Source: Vicinamibacterales bacterium
GTDB taxonomy: Bacteria; Acidobacteriota; Vicinamibacteria; Vicinamibacterales; SCN-69-37
Reading direction: 5' to 3'
DNA length: 64,000 nucleotides
Assembly: GCA_046594875.1 (NCBI GenBank)
Contig: JBKJQX010000224.1
Span: 54,172-118,171 of the forward strand
Shown here: positions 28,899 through 37,639 of the stretch, in pieces
How the letters are laid out: each line of letters opens with the position of its first letter
Numbering within the stretch: position 1 is the first letter of the stretch
Position numbers and translations under genes: made by a program
Notes under the pieces: generated by a model
Told to the model about the DNA's origin: nothing
The model's input: only the letters and a program-made list of their open reading frames with translations
The model's database searches: none

Positions 28899-29726
28899 AT
28901 GCCGCTGGGCCTGATCGCGGGGAACGGAACGTTTCCTTTTTTGATTCTCAGAGCCGCCCGCCAGCTGGGCCACGAGGTCGTGGTCGTGGCGGTGGAGGGC
29001 GAGGCCTTTCCGGCGCTTGAAGACCTGGGTCGTGAGCTGGGCGGCGTGCAGCACTCGTGGGTGGCGCTCGGCCATCTGGGCACCTGCATCAAGACGCTGC
29101 AGCATGCCGGCGTCACTCAAGCCATCATGGCGGGCCAGGTCAAACACACGAAGCTGTTTGGCGGCGTGTTGCCGGACCTGACCATGCTGTCGGTGCTGGC
29201 GCGGCTCAAGTCCAAGAACACCGACGCGTTGATTGCCGCCATCGCCGATGTGTTGCTCAAACACGGCATCACCTTGATGGACTCGACAGAACTGCTGGCA
29301 GGCTTGCTCGCGTCACCCGGTGTGCTCACGACCGCGCAGCCGACAGAATCCATGCAGGCGGACTTCACGTTTGGCTACTCGGTGGCTGACGCCGTCGCCG
29401 GCCTCGACGTCGGCCAGACCATCGTCGTCAAAGACCGCGCGGTGGTGGCGGTTGAAGCGATGGAAGGGACCGATGCGGCGATCGCACGAGCCGGGGCGCT
29501 GGCCGGCGCCGGAACGCGCGTGGTGAAGGTGGCCAAGCCGAAGCAGGACATGCGCTTCGACGTGCCGGTGGTGGGCGTGGCCACCATTCGCGCCATGCAG
29601 GCCGCCGGCGCCGACGCGTTGTCCATTGATGCCGGCCGGACACTGGTGCTGGATGGCCCGGCATTCCTTTCGGCCGCAAACGACGCGGGCGTGGTGGTGG
29701 TGGGCCGGCCGCAGGGGGCGAAATGA
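28899..29726 (+). CDS. lpxI: UDP-2,3-diacylglucosamine diphosphatase LpxI (DUF1009 family)
   Basis: N-terminus [35 protein letters not shown] and [15 protein letters not shown] motifs; lpxA-adjacent. Confidence 0.85.
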   Translation: MPLGLIAGNGTFPFLILRAARQLGHEVVVVAVEGEAFPALEDLGRELGGVQHSWVALGHLGTCIKTLQHAGVTQAIMAGQVKHTKLFGGVLPDLTMLSVLARLKSKNTDALIAAIADVLLKHGITLMDSTELLAGLLASPGVLTTAQPTESMQADFTFGYSVADAVAGLDVGQTIVVKDRAVVAVEAMEGTDAAIARAGALAGAGTRVVKVAKPKQDMRFDVPVVGVATIRAMQAAGADALSIDAGRTLVLDGPAFLSAANDAGVVVVGRPQGAK

Positions 29727-30688
29727 GTGCGGATGTGCGGATCGGGGTTGTGGGCGTGGGGCACCTTGGGCGTCACCACGCGCGCCTGCTGGCGGCGGCC
29801 TCCGGCGCGCGCCTGATGGGCGTGGCCGATGTGTCGGCAGAGCGGGGAGCCGCCGCGGCGTCCGCACAGGGCGTGGAGGCGTTTGCCGACTACCGCGACC
29901 TCATCGGCCGCGTTGACGCCGTCAGCATCGCGGTGCCGACTGTTGATCACTGTCGAGTGGCGCGCGATTTTCTCGAGGCGGGCGTTCACGTGCTCGTCGA
30001 GAAACCCATGACCGCCACACTTGCCGAGGCCGAGGAGTTGATCGCGCTGGCGGACCGTGTGGGGCGTCGGCTCGCAGTCGGCCACACCGAGCGGTTCAAC
30101 CCAGCCGTGGCTGCGGCAATTCCTTTGATCTCCGCGCCTCGATTCATCGAGGTGCATCGGCTGAGCGGTTTTCCCGACCGCAGTCTCGACATCGACGTGG
30201 TCTTCGACGTGATGATTCACGACCTGGATATTGTGTTGGCCATCGACCACACCGAGGTCACCGCCGTTGAGGCCGTGGGCGTGCCGGTGCTTTCGCACAA
30301 GGTGGACATTGCAAACGCGCGTCTGAAGTTCGCCTCCGGATGCACCGTGAACTTGACCGCGAGTCGCATCAGCCGCGACCGCGTCCGAAAAGTCCGCTTC
30401 TTTCAGCGCGACCTGTATGTCTCGGTGGACTACGGGGAGCAGGAACTCGAGGCGTATCGCATTGTTCCTCGGCCCGGTGAACGGCCAGCCATTGAAGGGG
30501 GCGCAGTGCCCGTGGAAAAGGGCGAGCCGCTCGGGAGAGAATTACAGGATTTCGTGGACGCCATTCGAGAAGACCGCGCGCCTCGTGTGACCGGGCAGGA
30601 CGGGTTTCGTGCCCTGGTGCTGGCCACACGCGTGGCGGCCGCCATCGAGGCGAATGAAAGGGAGCCCGGCGCTCGCGTGCCGGAGTAG
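29723..30688 (+). CDS. Gfo/Idh/MocA-family NAD(P)-dependent oxidoreductase
   Basis: N-terminal Rossmann motif [13 protein letters not shown] and an EKP motif (LVEKPM). Confidence 0.85.
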   Translation: MSADVRIGVVGVGHLGRHHARLLAAASGARLMGVADVSAERGAAAASAQGVEAFADYRDLIGRVDAVSIAVPTVDHCRVARDFLEAGVHVLVEKPMTATLAEAEELIALADRVGRRLAVGHTERFNPAVAAAIPLISAPRFIEVHRLSGFPDRSLDIDVVFDVMIHDLDIVLAIDHTEVTAVEAVGVPVLSHKVDIANARLKFASGCTVNLTASRISRDRVRKVRFFQRDLYVSVDYGEQELEAYRIVPRPGERPAIEGGAVPVEKGEPLGRELQDFVDAIREDRAPRVTGQDGFRALVLATRVAAAIEANEREPGARVPE

Positions 30689-31575
30689 TGAACATGTTGC
30701 AGGATCTGGAATCCAAGGCCTCGTCAGGCGAATCGTTTTCCCACGAGGAGGCCGAACGTGTGTTGGCCTGTGCCGACCTGGTGAGTGTGGGCACGCTTGG
30801 CGAGCTCGCGCGCCGGGCCCGCCACGGCGACGTTGTCACGTACGGCCACGTGCTTGAGGTGGAAGGCGACGCGGCGCCGTCGGAGCTGGGCGACGCCCGC
30901 GAGGTGCGCATCACGACGCGGCCTGCGTCTTTGGCGGCGGGTTGCGCGTTGGTGCGCGCGGTTGTGGCGGCTGCAGGCGAGATTCCGGTCACTGGGTTTG
31001 CGGCTACAGAGCTTCTGGACCTTGCCGGCGGCGATCATCTGGCCCTGGCCGAGGCCGCCCGTGAACTTCGCGAAGCCGGTCTGACCGGCGTGGCCTATTT
31101 CCCGGTGGACAGGTTTGAGGAACCGGCCGAACTGGTGCGGGCGCTTCGGCATGGTGGACTGGAAGTCTCGCGCGCAACCGTGGACCGCGCGAGTAGCCTC
31201 TCTGAACGTCTGGTCTGCATCGAACGGGTAGCCGCGCTTCAGCGTGAGGTCGGCGGGTTGCTCGCGTTTGCGCCGCTGCCGCGGTTCGACGAGGTCGAAG
31301 CGCCGTCCACCGGATACGACGATGTGCGGACGATTGCGGTGGCGCGACTGGTGTGCGGCGAGGTGCCGTCCATTCAGGTGGACTGGGTGATGTACGGACC
31401 CAAACTCGCCCAGGTGGCCATCGCCTATGGCGCCAACGACATCGACAACGTGCCCGCCACCGATACCCTGGGTCTGGGCCATCGCAGGAGTCCGCGCACC
31501 GACATCGCACGCCAGATCGCGGCGGCGTTCGCGACCCCGTCGGCCAGGAACAGCCGATTCGAACAGGTGCCGTGA
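30688..31575 (+). CDS. MqnC/MqnE/CofH-like paralogue lacking the radical-SAM CxxxCxxC motif
   Basis: Clear similarity to the 33676 protein at both ends: HGDVVTYGHV vs KGVVTYIIDR, and TGYDDVRTIAVARLV...IAYGANDIDNV vs TGIDYLRTLALSRLV...LAYGANDMGSV. The cluster-binding segment has no cysteines. Confidence 0.75.
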   Translation: MNMLQDLESKASSGESFSHEEAERVLACADLVSVGTLGELARRARHGDVVTYGHVLEVEGDAAPSELGDAREVRITTRPASLAAGCALVRAVVAAAGEIPVTGFAATELLDLAGGDHLALAEAARELREAGLTGVAYFPVDRFEEPAELVRALRHGGLEVSRATVDRASSLSERLVCIERVAALQREVGGLLAFAPLPRFDEVEAPSTGYDDVRTIAVARLVCGEVPSIQVDWVMYGPKLAQVAIAYGANDIDNVPATDTLGLGHRRSPRTDIARQIAAAFATPSARNSRFEQVP

Positions 31576-32400
31576 GTGTCGAAGATCCGTCTTGGATCGG
31601 TCAACTATCTCAACTGTCGGCCGCTGGTGCATGAACTCGGCGGTGACGCCGATCCGCTGTTTTCGCTGCGCTTCGACCCGCCCGCCGAGTGCGCTTCGCT
31701 GCTGTCATCGGGAGAGATCGACCTCGGGTTGATTCCCACGATCGCGTACGCCGATCGGCCCGCAGATCTCGTGGTGCCGGGTGTGTCGATTGCGTCAGAG
31801 GGCCCGGTGGCGTCCGTGGCCCTCTTCACAAAGAAGCCGGTGACCGAGATTCGCACGATCGCGCTCGATACCAGTTCCCGCACCTCCGTGGCGCTCACGC
31901 GCATCCTGTGCGCGCGACGATTCGGCATCGCGCCCACGTTCGTGCGCCAGGCACCGGATCTGGAATCGATGCTCGCGAGCCACGACGCGGCGCTGCTGAT
32001 TGGCGACCCGGCGTTGTTTGTGGACCACCGCGCACTTGGCGCCGAGAAGATCGATCTGGGCCAGGCGTGGACCGAGATGACGGGGCTGCCGTTTGTGTGG
32101 GCATTCTGGGCCGGGCGCGCCGACAGTCTTCCGCCGCACGCGGTCAGGCGAATGCAGGCGGCCAAAGAGGCCGGAGTGCTGGTCTGCGACGCGCTGGCGG
32201 ACGCCTACACGGCGGACCGGCCGCCCTATCAGGCCATCGCCCGTCAGTATCTGCGCGAACACATCCTTTTCGACCTGACCGACCGCATGCTCCAGGGCCT
32301 GCAGACGTACTACCGCGAGGCAGCAGCCGTGGGGCTGATCAGGTCGGCTGTCGAGCCGCGGTTCTTCGCCTCGGCCGCGTTGGCCACGACGGATCGGTGA
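31576..32400 (+). CDS. mqnA: Chorismate dehydratase MqnA (futalosine pathway)
   Basis: IRLGSVNYLNCRPL, IDLGLIPT and FVWAFWAGR are typical of the MqnA/MqnD periplasmic-binding-like fold. Confidence 0.82.
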   Translation: MSKIRLGSVNYLNCRPLVHELGGDADPLFSLRFDPPAECASLLSSGEIDLGLIPTIAYADRPADLVVPGVSIASEGPVASVALFTKKPVTEIRTIALDTSSRTSVALTRILCARRFGIAPTFVRQAPDLESMLASHDAALLIGDPALFVDHRALGAEKIDLGQAWTEMTGLPFVWAFWAGRADSLPPHAVRRMQAAKEAGVLVCDALADAYTADRPPYQAIARQYLREHILFDLTDRMLQGLQTYYREAAAVGLIRSAVEPRFFASAALATTDR

Positions 32401-33614
32401 TGGCGGCCGACGGTCCTCGCCGGCCCGCTATCATCTTCATCTTCATCACTGTCGTCCTCGACGTCCTGGCCCTCGGGATCGTCATTCCGGTGTTGCCCCT
32501 GCTCGTTGAGGAGTTCCTGGGCGGGGACACCTCGCGCGCGGCCACCATGTTCGGATTGTTCGGGACGGCGTGGGCGTTGATGCAGTTTGTGTTCGCACCT
32601 ATCCTCGGCGCGTTGTCGGACCGCTGGGGCCGGCGGCCGGTCATCCTCATGTCATGTGCGGGCCTGGGGCTCGACTACGTCCTGATGGCGTTGGCACCGA
32701 GCCTGACGTGGCTCTTTGTCGGGCGCGTCATCTCGGGAATCACGGCCGCCAGTTTTTCCACCGCAGGCGCCTACATTGCCGACGTGACGCCGGTGGAGAA
32801 GCGGGCCGCCGGCTTCGGCATGATCGGCGCTGCCTTCGGACTGGGGTTTGTCCTTGGGCCGGCCATGGGCGGCATACTGGGCGCCGTGGATCCGCGGCTG
32901 CCGTTCTGGGCAGCGGCCGCGCTGGCGCTGGCTAATGCCGCGTACGGCTACTTCGTGTTACCCGAGTCTCTGCCGCCTGACGCTCGGAAGTCGTTTTCGT
33001 GGGCGCGCGTCAATCCGCTGGGGTCGTTGCGCCTGCTCAGGTCGCACAAGGAACTGTTCGGCATCGCCACCGTCACGGTGTTTTACCACCTGGCGCACCA
33101 CGTGTTGCCCAGCGTGTTCGTGTTGTATGGCGCGTACCGGTATGGCTGGGACGCGCGCGCCACGGGGCTGACCCTTGCCGTGGTCGGCGTGGTCAGCGTC
33201 ATTGTGCAGGGCGGTCTGGTGCGGCCGCTGGTCGCCCGATTCGGCGAGCGGGCGATGCTGTTGACGGGACTCGCGTGCGGGGCGGTGGGGTTTGTCGTGT
33301 ACGGCCTGGCCGAGACGGGCTCTGTCTTCTGGCTCGGCATTCCTGTTTTTGGGTTGATGGGCTTGTATGGTCCGTCGGCACAGGGCCTGATGACTCGCCA
33401 CGTTCAGCCGTCGGAGCAGGGGCAGCTGCAGGGCATCAACAGCAGCTTCATGGGGTTGACCGGCATCATCGGTCCCGGGCTGTTCACGCTCACGTTCGCG
33501 GCGTTCATTGGCCCGTATGCGAGCTGGCACTTGCCGGGCGCCCCATTTCTGCTGGCCGCCGTCCTGATGGTGGTTGCGTTCGCGATCGGCTGGCGGGTGA
33601 CGAAGGACGCCTGA
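32400..33614 (+). CDS. MFS transporter (TetA/TCR-like, 12 TM)
   Basis: GALSDRWGRRPV (MFS motif A). The real start is the ATG at 32400 overlapping the mqnA stop. The upstream 237 codons of track ORF 31689..33614 overlap mqnA out of frame. Confidence 0.85.
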   Translation: MAADGPRRPAIIFIFITVVLDVLALGIVIPVLPLLVEEFLGGDTSRAATMFGLFGTAWALMQFVFAPILGALSDRWGRRPVILMSCAGLGLDYVLMALAPSLTWLFVGRVISGITAASFSTAGAYIADVTPVEKRAAGFGMIGAAFGLGFVLGPAMGGILGAVDPRLPFWAAAALALANAAYGYFVLPESLPPDARKSFSWARVNPLGSLRLLRSHKELFGIATVTVFYHLAHHVLPSVFVLYGAYRYGWDARATGLTLAVVGVVSVIVQGGLVRPLVARFGERAMLLTGLACGAVGFVVYGLAETGSVFWLGIPVFGLMGLYGPSAQGLMTRHVQPSEQGQLQGINSSFMGLTGIIGPGLFTLTFAAFIGPYASWHLPGAPFLLAAVLMVVAFAIGWRVTKDA

Positions 33615-33675
33615 CGCCGCCCTGTGCGGGCGAGGCCCAGGGCGGCGCGGTTGAAGTAGCATTTGAGAAGGCTTT

Positions 33676-34878
33676 TTGATGACTGTAGCGGCCATTGCTG
33701 ACAAGTTGCGCGCGGGCGAGCGGCTGACCCGCGACGAGGCGCTGGAGTTCTACCTTCACGCGCCTACATCCCTGCTTGGTGGGCTCGCGGATCAGGCGCG
33801 TGCACGCCGGCATCCGAAAGGCGTGGTCACGTACATCATTGACCGCAACGTCAACTATACGAACGTCTGTGTGGCGCGCTGTAAGTTCTGCGCGTTTTAC
33901 CGGCCCGTCGGATCGTCGGAAGGCTACACGCTCGGGTTCGATGAGATCTTCCGGAAGATTGAAGAGACCATCGCGCTGGGCGGCGGGCAACTGTTGCTGC
34001 AGGGCGGACACAATCCCGACGTTCCGCTGGGATGGTACGAAGATCTGTTTCGCCAGGTGAAGAGCCGGTACCCGGAGTTCCGACTGCACGCGTTGTCTCC
34101 GCCAGAAGTGATTCACATTTCGCGACTGTCGGGGCTGCCCACTGCGGAGGTCATCGATCGGCTGATCGCGGCGGGTCTCGACAGTGTGCCTGGTGGCGGC
34201 GCCGAGATTCTGGTGGATCGCGTGCGCAAAATTCTGAATTGCTACACCAAGGCCACTGCCGATGAGTGGCTGGGTGTCATGCGCGAGGCGCACCGCGCCG
34301 GGCTTCGCACGACCGCCACGATGATGTATGGCACGGTGGAAACGGTGGAGGAGCGGCTGGAGCATCTGTTCCGCCTGAGGGACCTGCAGGATGAGACCGG
34401 CGGGTTCACCGCGTTCATCGCGTGGAGTTACCAGCCCGAGCACACCGAACTGGGGGGAACCGAAGCGACCGGCATCGACTATCTGCGGACTCTGGCGTTG
34501 TCGCGCCTCGTGCTCGACAACTTCGACAACCTGCAGTCGTCGTGGGTCACACAGGGCGGCAAGGTGGGCCAGCTGAGCCTGGCGTACGGCGCCAACGACA
34601 TGGGATCGGTGATGATCGAGGAAAACGTCGTGCGCGCGGCCGGCGCCGAGTATTGCATGGACGAGTTTGAAGTGGTGCGCAACATCGAAAGCGCCGGCTT
34701 CGTGGCCAAGCGGCGCAACATGCACTATGACGTCCTGGGCGGGCCCGTCTTTCGGCAGCGCGACGTGCCGCGCATGACGGCGCTTGCTGTGGCGCGAGAG
34801 GATGGGCGCGCCGGCGAAGCGCCCGACCTGCGCGACTATGAAGCCCGGTCGGCGGCAGGCAAACGCGCAAGACAATGA
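33676..34878 (+). CDS. Radical SAM enzyme of the MqnC/MqnE (CofH-like) family
   Basis: NYTNVCVARCKFCAF carries the CxxxCxxC motif, with GG.LLLQGGHNP and a TIM-barrel C-terminal region. MqnC and MqnE cannot be distinguished by eye. Confidence 0.85.
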   Translation: MMTVAAIADKLRAGERLTRDEALEFYLHAPTSLLGGLADQARARRHPKGVVTYIIDRNVNYTNVCVARCKFCAFYRPVGSSEGYTLGFDEIFRKIEETIALGGGQLLLQGGHNPDVPLGWYEDLFRQVKSRYPEFRLHALSPPEVIHISRLSGLPTAEVIDRLIAAGLDSVPGGGAEILVDRVRKILNCYTKATADEWLGVMREAHRAGLRTTATMMYGTVETVEERLEHLFRLRDLQDETGGFTAFIAWSYQPEHTELGGTEATGIDYLRTLALSRLVLDNFDNLQSSWVTQGGKVGQLSLAYGANDMGSVMIEENVVRAAGAEYCMDEFEVVRNIESAGFVAKRRNMHYDVLGGPVFRQRDVPRMTALAVAREDGRAGEAPDLRDYEARSAAGKRARQ

Positions 34879-34921
34879 GCCAGTGGGCCAATGAGGCACA
34901 GAGCCAATTGGCTCATTAACA
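34874..34921. repeat. Tandem octamer array, second copy of the AATGAGSC family (6 units)
   Basis: Reads AATGAGCC AGTGGGCC AATGAGGC ACAGAGCC AATTGGCT CATTAACA. The first 24 nt match 19203-19226 at 23/24. The upstream TGA (34876-34878) lies in unit 1, and the next ATG is at 34923. It contains the palindrome GAGCCAATTGGCTC. Confidence 0.88.
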
Positions 34922-34922
34922 A

Positions 34923-36164
34923 ATGACCTCCTACCGCGCGAGTTGGGTGCTTCCGATCAGTGCCCCGCCAATCCGTCATGGCTGGGTCTTGGTGGAGGAT
35001 GGGCGCGTGAGCGACATCGGAGCCGGGCGCGCGCCGAGTCCCGTCGAGGAATTGGGCGACGTCGCGTTGCTCCCGGGCCTGGTCAACGCGCACACCCACC
35101 TGGAACTGAGCTGGATGGCCGGGCTGGTGCCGCCGGCGGGTTCCATGGACGAGTGGATCAAGACACTCCTCCGCGTGCGGCGCACCGGGCCGGTGGGGGG
35201 AGGCGAAGCGGTCGTGGCTGCCATGACTCGTTCGGTGGGCGACATGCTCGACACGGGCACGGCCCTGGTGGGCGACATCTCGAATTCGCTGGCGTCGGTG
35301 CCCGTCTTCGCCGAGCGGAAGCTGGCCTGCGTTGTCTTCCACGAAATCCTCGGCTTCAACCCCACGGACCCCGTTGGAATGGTGCGCGCCGCAAATGCGC
35401 TCGCCCAGAAAAGACGTCGGGTGTCTTTTTCGTCGAAAAAGACACCCGACGTCTTTTTTGCGGTCGTCGGGCATGCGCCCTACTCAACGGCGCCCGCGCT
35501 CTTCGCAGAAATTGCCGCCCAGCACCAGGGACCGGTGCCCCTCTCTGTGCACATCGCCGAATCGGCCGAAGAAGTGGAGTTCCTCCACACCGGCGAGGGA
35601 CCAATGCGCACGCTGCTCGAAACGCTGGGTGTCTGGACAGGGGCATGGCAAGTGCCCCGCTGCGGCCCTCTGGAGTTCCTCAAGCGACTCGGGTACCTCA
35701 AGCCAGGCACGCTGCTGGTCCATGGCGTCCACCTGACCTTTCGCGAGCTCGAACAGGCACGCGACGCGGAGGCCGTCATCGTGACCTGCCCGCGGAGCAA
35801 CACGTGGGTTGGCGGGGGGGTGCCGCCCATCGCCCGGTTCTATGGCGCGGGCGTGCCCGTGGCCATCGGCACCGACAGCCTCGCGTCCACCGATACGCTC
35901 AACATGTTCGACGAATTGGCCGCACTGCGCCGGCTGGCGCCCGAGGTGGACGCCGCGCGATTGCTCGACAGCGCGACTCGCGTGGGCGCGGAGGCCCTGG
36001 GATTCGGCCAGCACTACGGCACCCTCAGCCCGGGACGTCAGGCCCAGCTGGTGTCCGTCGCGCTGCCGGCCGGCGTCCGGGCCCGTCCTGAGGATGTGGA
36101 AGAATACTTGGTGAGTGGAGTGTCGGCCGCTGACGTCACACGGCTGAACGTTCCGTCCCACTAA
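34923..36164 (+). CDS. Amidohydrolase-superfamily deaminase (candidate aminofutalosine deaminase) carrying an in-frame palindromic insert
   Basis: Metal ligands NAHTHLE, HAPYS, VHIAES, VHGVH and GTDS. Its position in the mqn cluster supports the assignment. Residues QKRRRVSFSSKKTPDVFF are encoded by a perfect palindrome. Confidence 0.85.
   Translation: MTSYRASWVLPISAPPIRHGWVLVEDGRVSDIGAGRAPSPVEELGDVALLPGLVNAHTHLELSWMAGLVPPAGSMDEWIKTLLRVRRTGPVGGGEAVVAAMTRSVGDMLDTGTALVGDISNSLASVPVFAERKLACVVFHEILGFNPTDPVGMVRAANALAQKRRRVSFSSKKTPDVFFAVVGHAPYSTAPALFAEIAAQHQGPVPLSVHIAESAEEVEFLHTGEGPMRTLLETLGVWTGAWQVPRCGPLEFLKRLGYLKPGTLLVHGVHLTFRELEQARDAEAVIVTCPRSNTWVGGGVPPIARFYGAGVPVAIGTDSLASTDTLNMFDELAALRRLAPEVDAARLLDSATRVGAEALGFGQHYGTLSPGRQAQLVSVALPAGVRARPEDVEEYLVSGVSAADVTRLNVPSH
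35408..35459. repeat. Palindromic element family B, copy B1 (perfect 23-nt arms, 5-nt loop) inside a CDS
   Basis: GAAAAGACGTCGGGTGTCTTTTT-CGTCG-AAAAAGACACCCGACGTCTTTTC-like. The arms are identical to the inner arms of the 61380-61502 composite. Confidence 0.95.
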
Positions 36165-37016
36165 ATGTTTGATCGCCTCCGCACCTACGCATCGTTCGTC
36201 CGCATCAGTCACTCGGTATTCGCGTTGCCGTTTGCGCTGGTGGGGGCGCTGCTGGCCACCCAAGTCGAGCCCTGGAGCTGGACCCGCGGCCTGTGGATTG
36301 TTGCGTGCATGGTGACCGCGCGCAGCGCCGCCATGGGCTTCAACCGGCTCGCCGACGTTGCGTATGACGCGCGCAATCCCCGCACGGCGATGCGGGAACT
36401 GCCACAGGGACGGATGAGCCGCCGCGAAGCCATCGTCTTTGTCGTCGTCTCATCCGCCGCCTTCGTCTATGCGTCCTCCCACCTGGGCTGGATCTGCTTC
36501 GCGCTCTCGCCCGTCGCGCTCGCCATTGTGTTCTTCTACTCGTTTGCCAAGCGTTTCACGTCGTATGCGCAGCTGTTTCTTGGGCTGGCCATGGCTGTGG
36601 CGCCGGTCGGTGGCTGGCTGGCCGCCGGGGGCAGAGAAGGCTGGGAGCCCTGGCTGCTGGGACTGGCCATCGGCGCGTGGGTGGGCGGCTTCGACGTGCT
36701 GTACGCCTGCCAGGACGTGGAGGTGGATCGGCGGGAGGGGTTGCACTCCATTCCCGTCCGGTTCGGCATCGCCCGCGCGCTCACCATCTCGCGGTTCATG
36801 CACGTGGTGGCGGTGGTGACGCTCGCCGCGCTTGGCGTGGTGGCTGACCTGGGAACGGTCTATATGGCGGGCGTCGTCGGTGTCGCCGCCCTGCTCATCT
36901 ACGAGCAGTCGCTTGTGCGCCAGGACGATCTCTCGAAGGTCAAGCTGGCCTTTGACCTCAATGGCTGGGTCGGGTTGCTGTATCTGGCCACCACCGCGGC
37001 GGATTTGTTTTTATGA
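36165..37016 (+). CDS. UbiA-family aromatic prenyltransferase (menaquinone prenylation step of the futalosine route)
   Basis: NRLADVAYDARNPRT (NxxxDxxxD), a second Asp-rich motif YACQDVEVDRREG, and 8-9 TM helices. Confidence 0.85.
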   Translation: MFDRLRTYASFVRISHSVFALPFALVGALLATQVEPWSWTRGLWIVACMVTARSAAMGFNRLADVAYDARNPRTAMRELPQGRMSRREAIVFVVVSSAAFVYASSHLGWICFALSPVALAIVFFYSFAKRFTSYAQLFLGLAMAVAPVGGWLAAGGREGWEPWLLGLAIGAWVGGFDVLYACQDVEVDRREGLHSIPVRFGIARALTISRFMHVVAVVTLAALGVVADLGTVYMAGVVGVAALLIYEQSLVRQDDLSKVKLAFDLNGWVGLLYLATTAADLFL

Positions 37017-37639
37017 CCTCAGCACACGCCAGCCCTCGGCCTCACATCGCCGTGGGCGTCACCGGCGCCAGCGGCGCCATCTACGCCGTGCGCACAATCG
37101 CGGCGCTCCTTGAAGCCGGCTGCCATCTGGAGATCGTGTTTTCCGACTACGGCAAACGCCTGCTGATGGACGAACTCGGCAGCGACGCGAAAGTTGATCG
37201 TCTGCAGGATTTGCTCGAGCGCAAGTATGGTCCCGCCGTACACCAGGGCACGTTTGTGGTGCACAGCAACAAGGACCTTGGCGCGACGCTGGCAAGCGGC
37301 AGCCATCGTTGCAGCGGCATGGTCATCGTGCCGTGTTCGATGAAGACACTGGCCGGTGTGGCGCTGGGTTTGTCGCGCAGCCTCATTGAGCGCGCGGCCG
37401 ACGTGATGCTCAAGGAGCAGCGCAAGCTCATCCTGGTGCCGCGTGAAACGCCCATGAGCCTGCCGGCGCTGCGCCATCAGGTGGCTGCGGCAGAAGCCGG
37501 CGCGATGATCCTGCCTGCGATGCCGGCGTTTTACCAGAAGCCCCAGACCATTGACGACCTCGCGGATTTCATCGCGGGCAAGATCCTCAACGGGTTGGGC
37601 TTCGACCAGCACCTGTTTGCCCCCTGGAAGGGCGAATAG
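37013..37639 (+). CDS. ubiX: UbiX-family flavin prenyltransferase
   Basis: GVTGASGAIYAVR, VPCSMKTLAG and LILVPRETPMS motifs. Confidence 0.9.
   Translation: MTSAHASPRPHIAVGVTGASGAIYAVRTIAALLEAGCHLEIVFSDYGKRLLMDELGSDAKVDRLQDLLERKYGPAVHQGTFVVHSNKDLGATLASGSHRCSGMVIVPCSMKTLAGVALGLSRSLIERAADVMLKEQRKLILVPRETPMSLPALRHQVAAAEAGAMILPAMPAFYQKPQTIDDLADFIAGKILNGLGFDQHLFAPWKGE

Noticed and set aside
27678-29264. 528-aa minus-strand ORF opposite fabZ-lpxA/lpxI. Similar mirror ORFs occur at 33505..34899, 38620..40092, 45493..46761, 43329..44698, 56428..57432 and 57679..58890.
   Set aside because: Each lies antisense to a gene with clear family motifs and shows no recognisable motifs itself. These are GC-driven open frames, not genes.
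31689-32399. N-terminal 237 codons of track ORF 31689..33614. Analogous 5' extensions occur at 47261, 40113, 13451, 14359, 15842, 26477, 27456, 7043 and 7853.
   Set aside because: The extensions overlap the preceding, well-supported genes out of frame. The recognisable protein begins at an internal ATG or GTG that is coupled to the upstream stop or preceded by an SD-like sequence.
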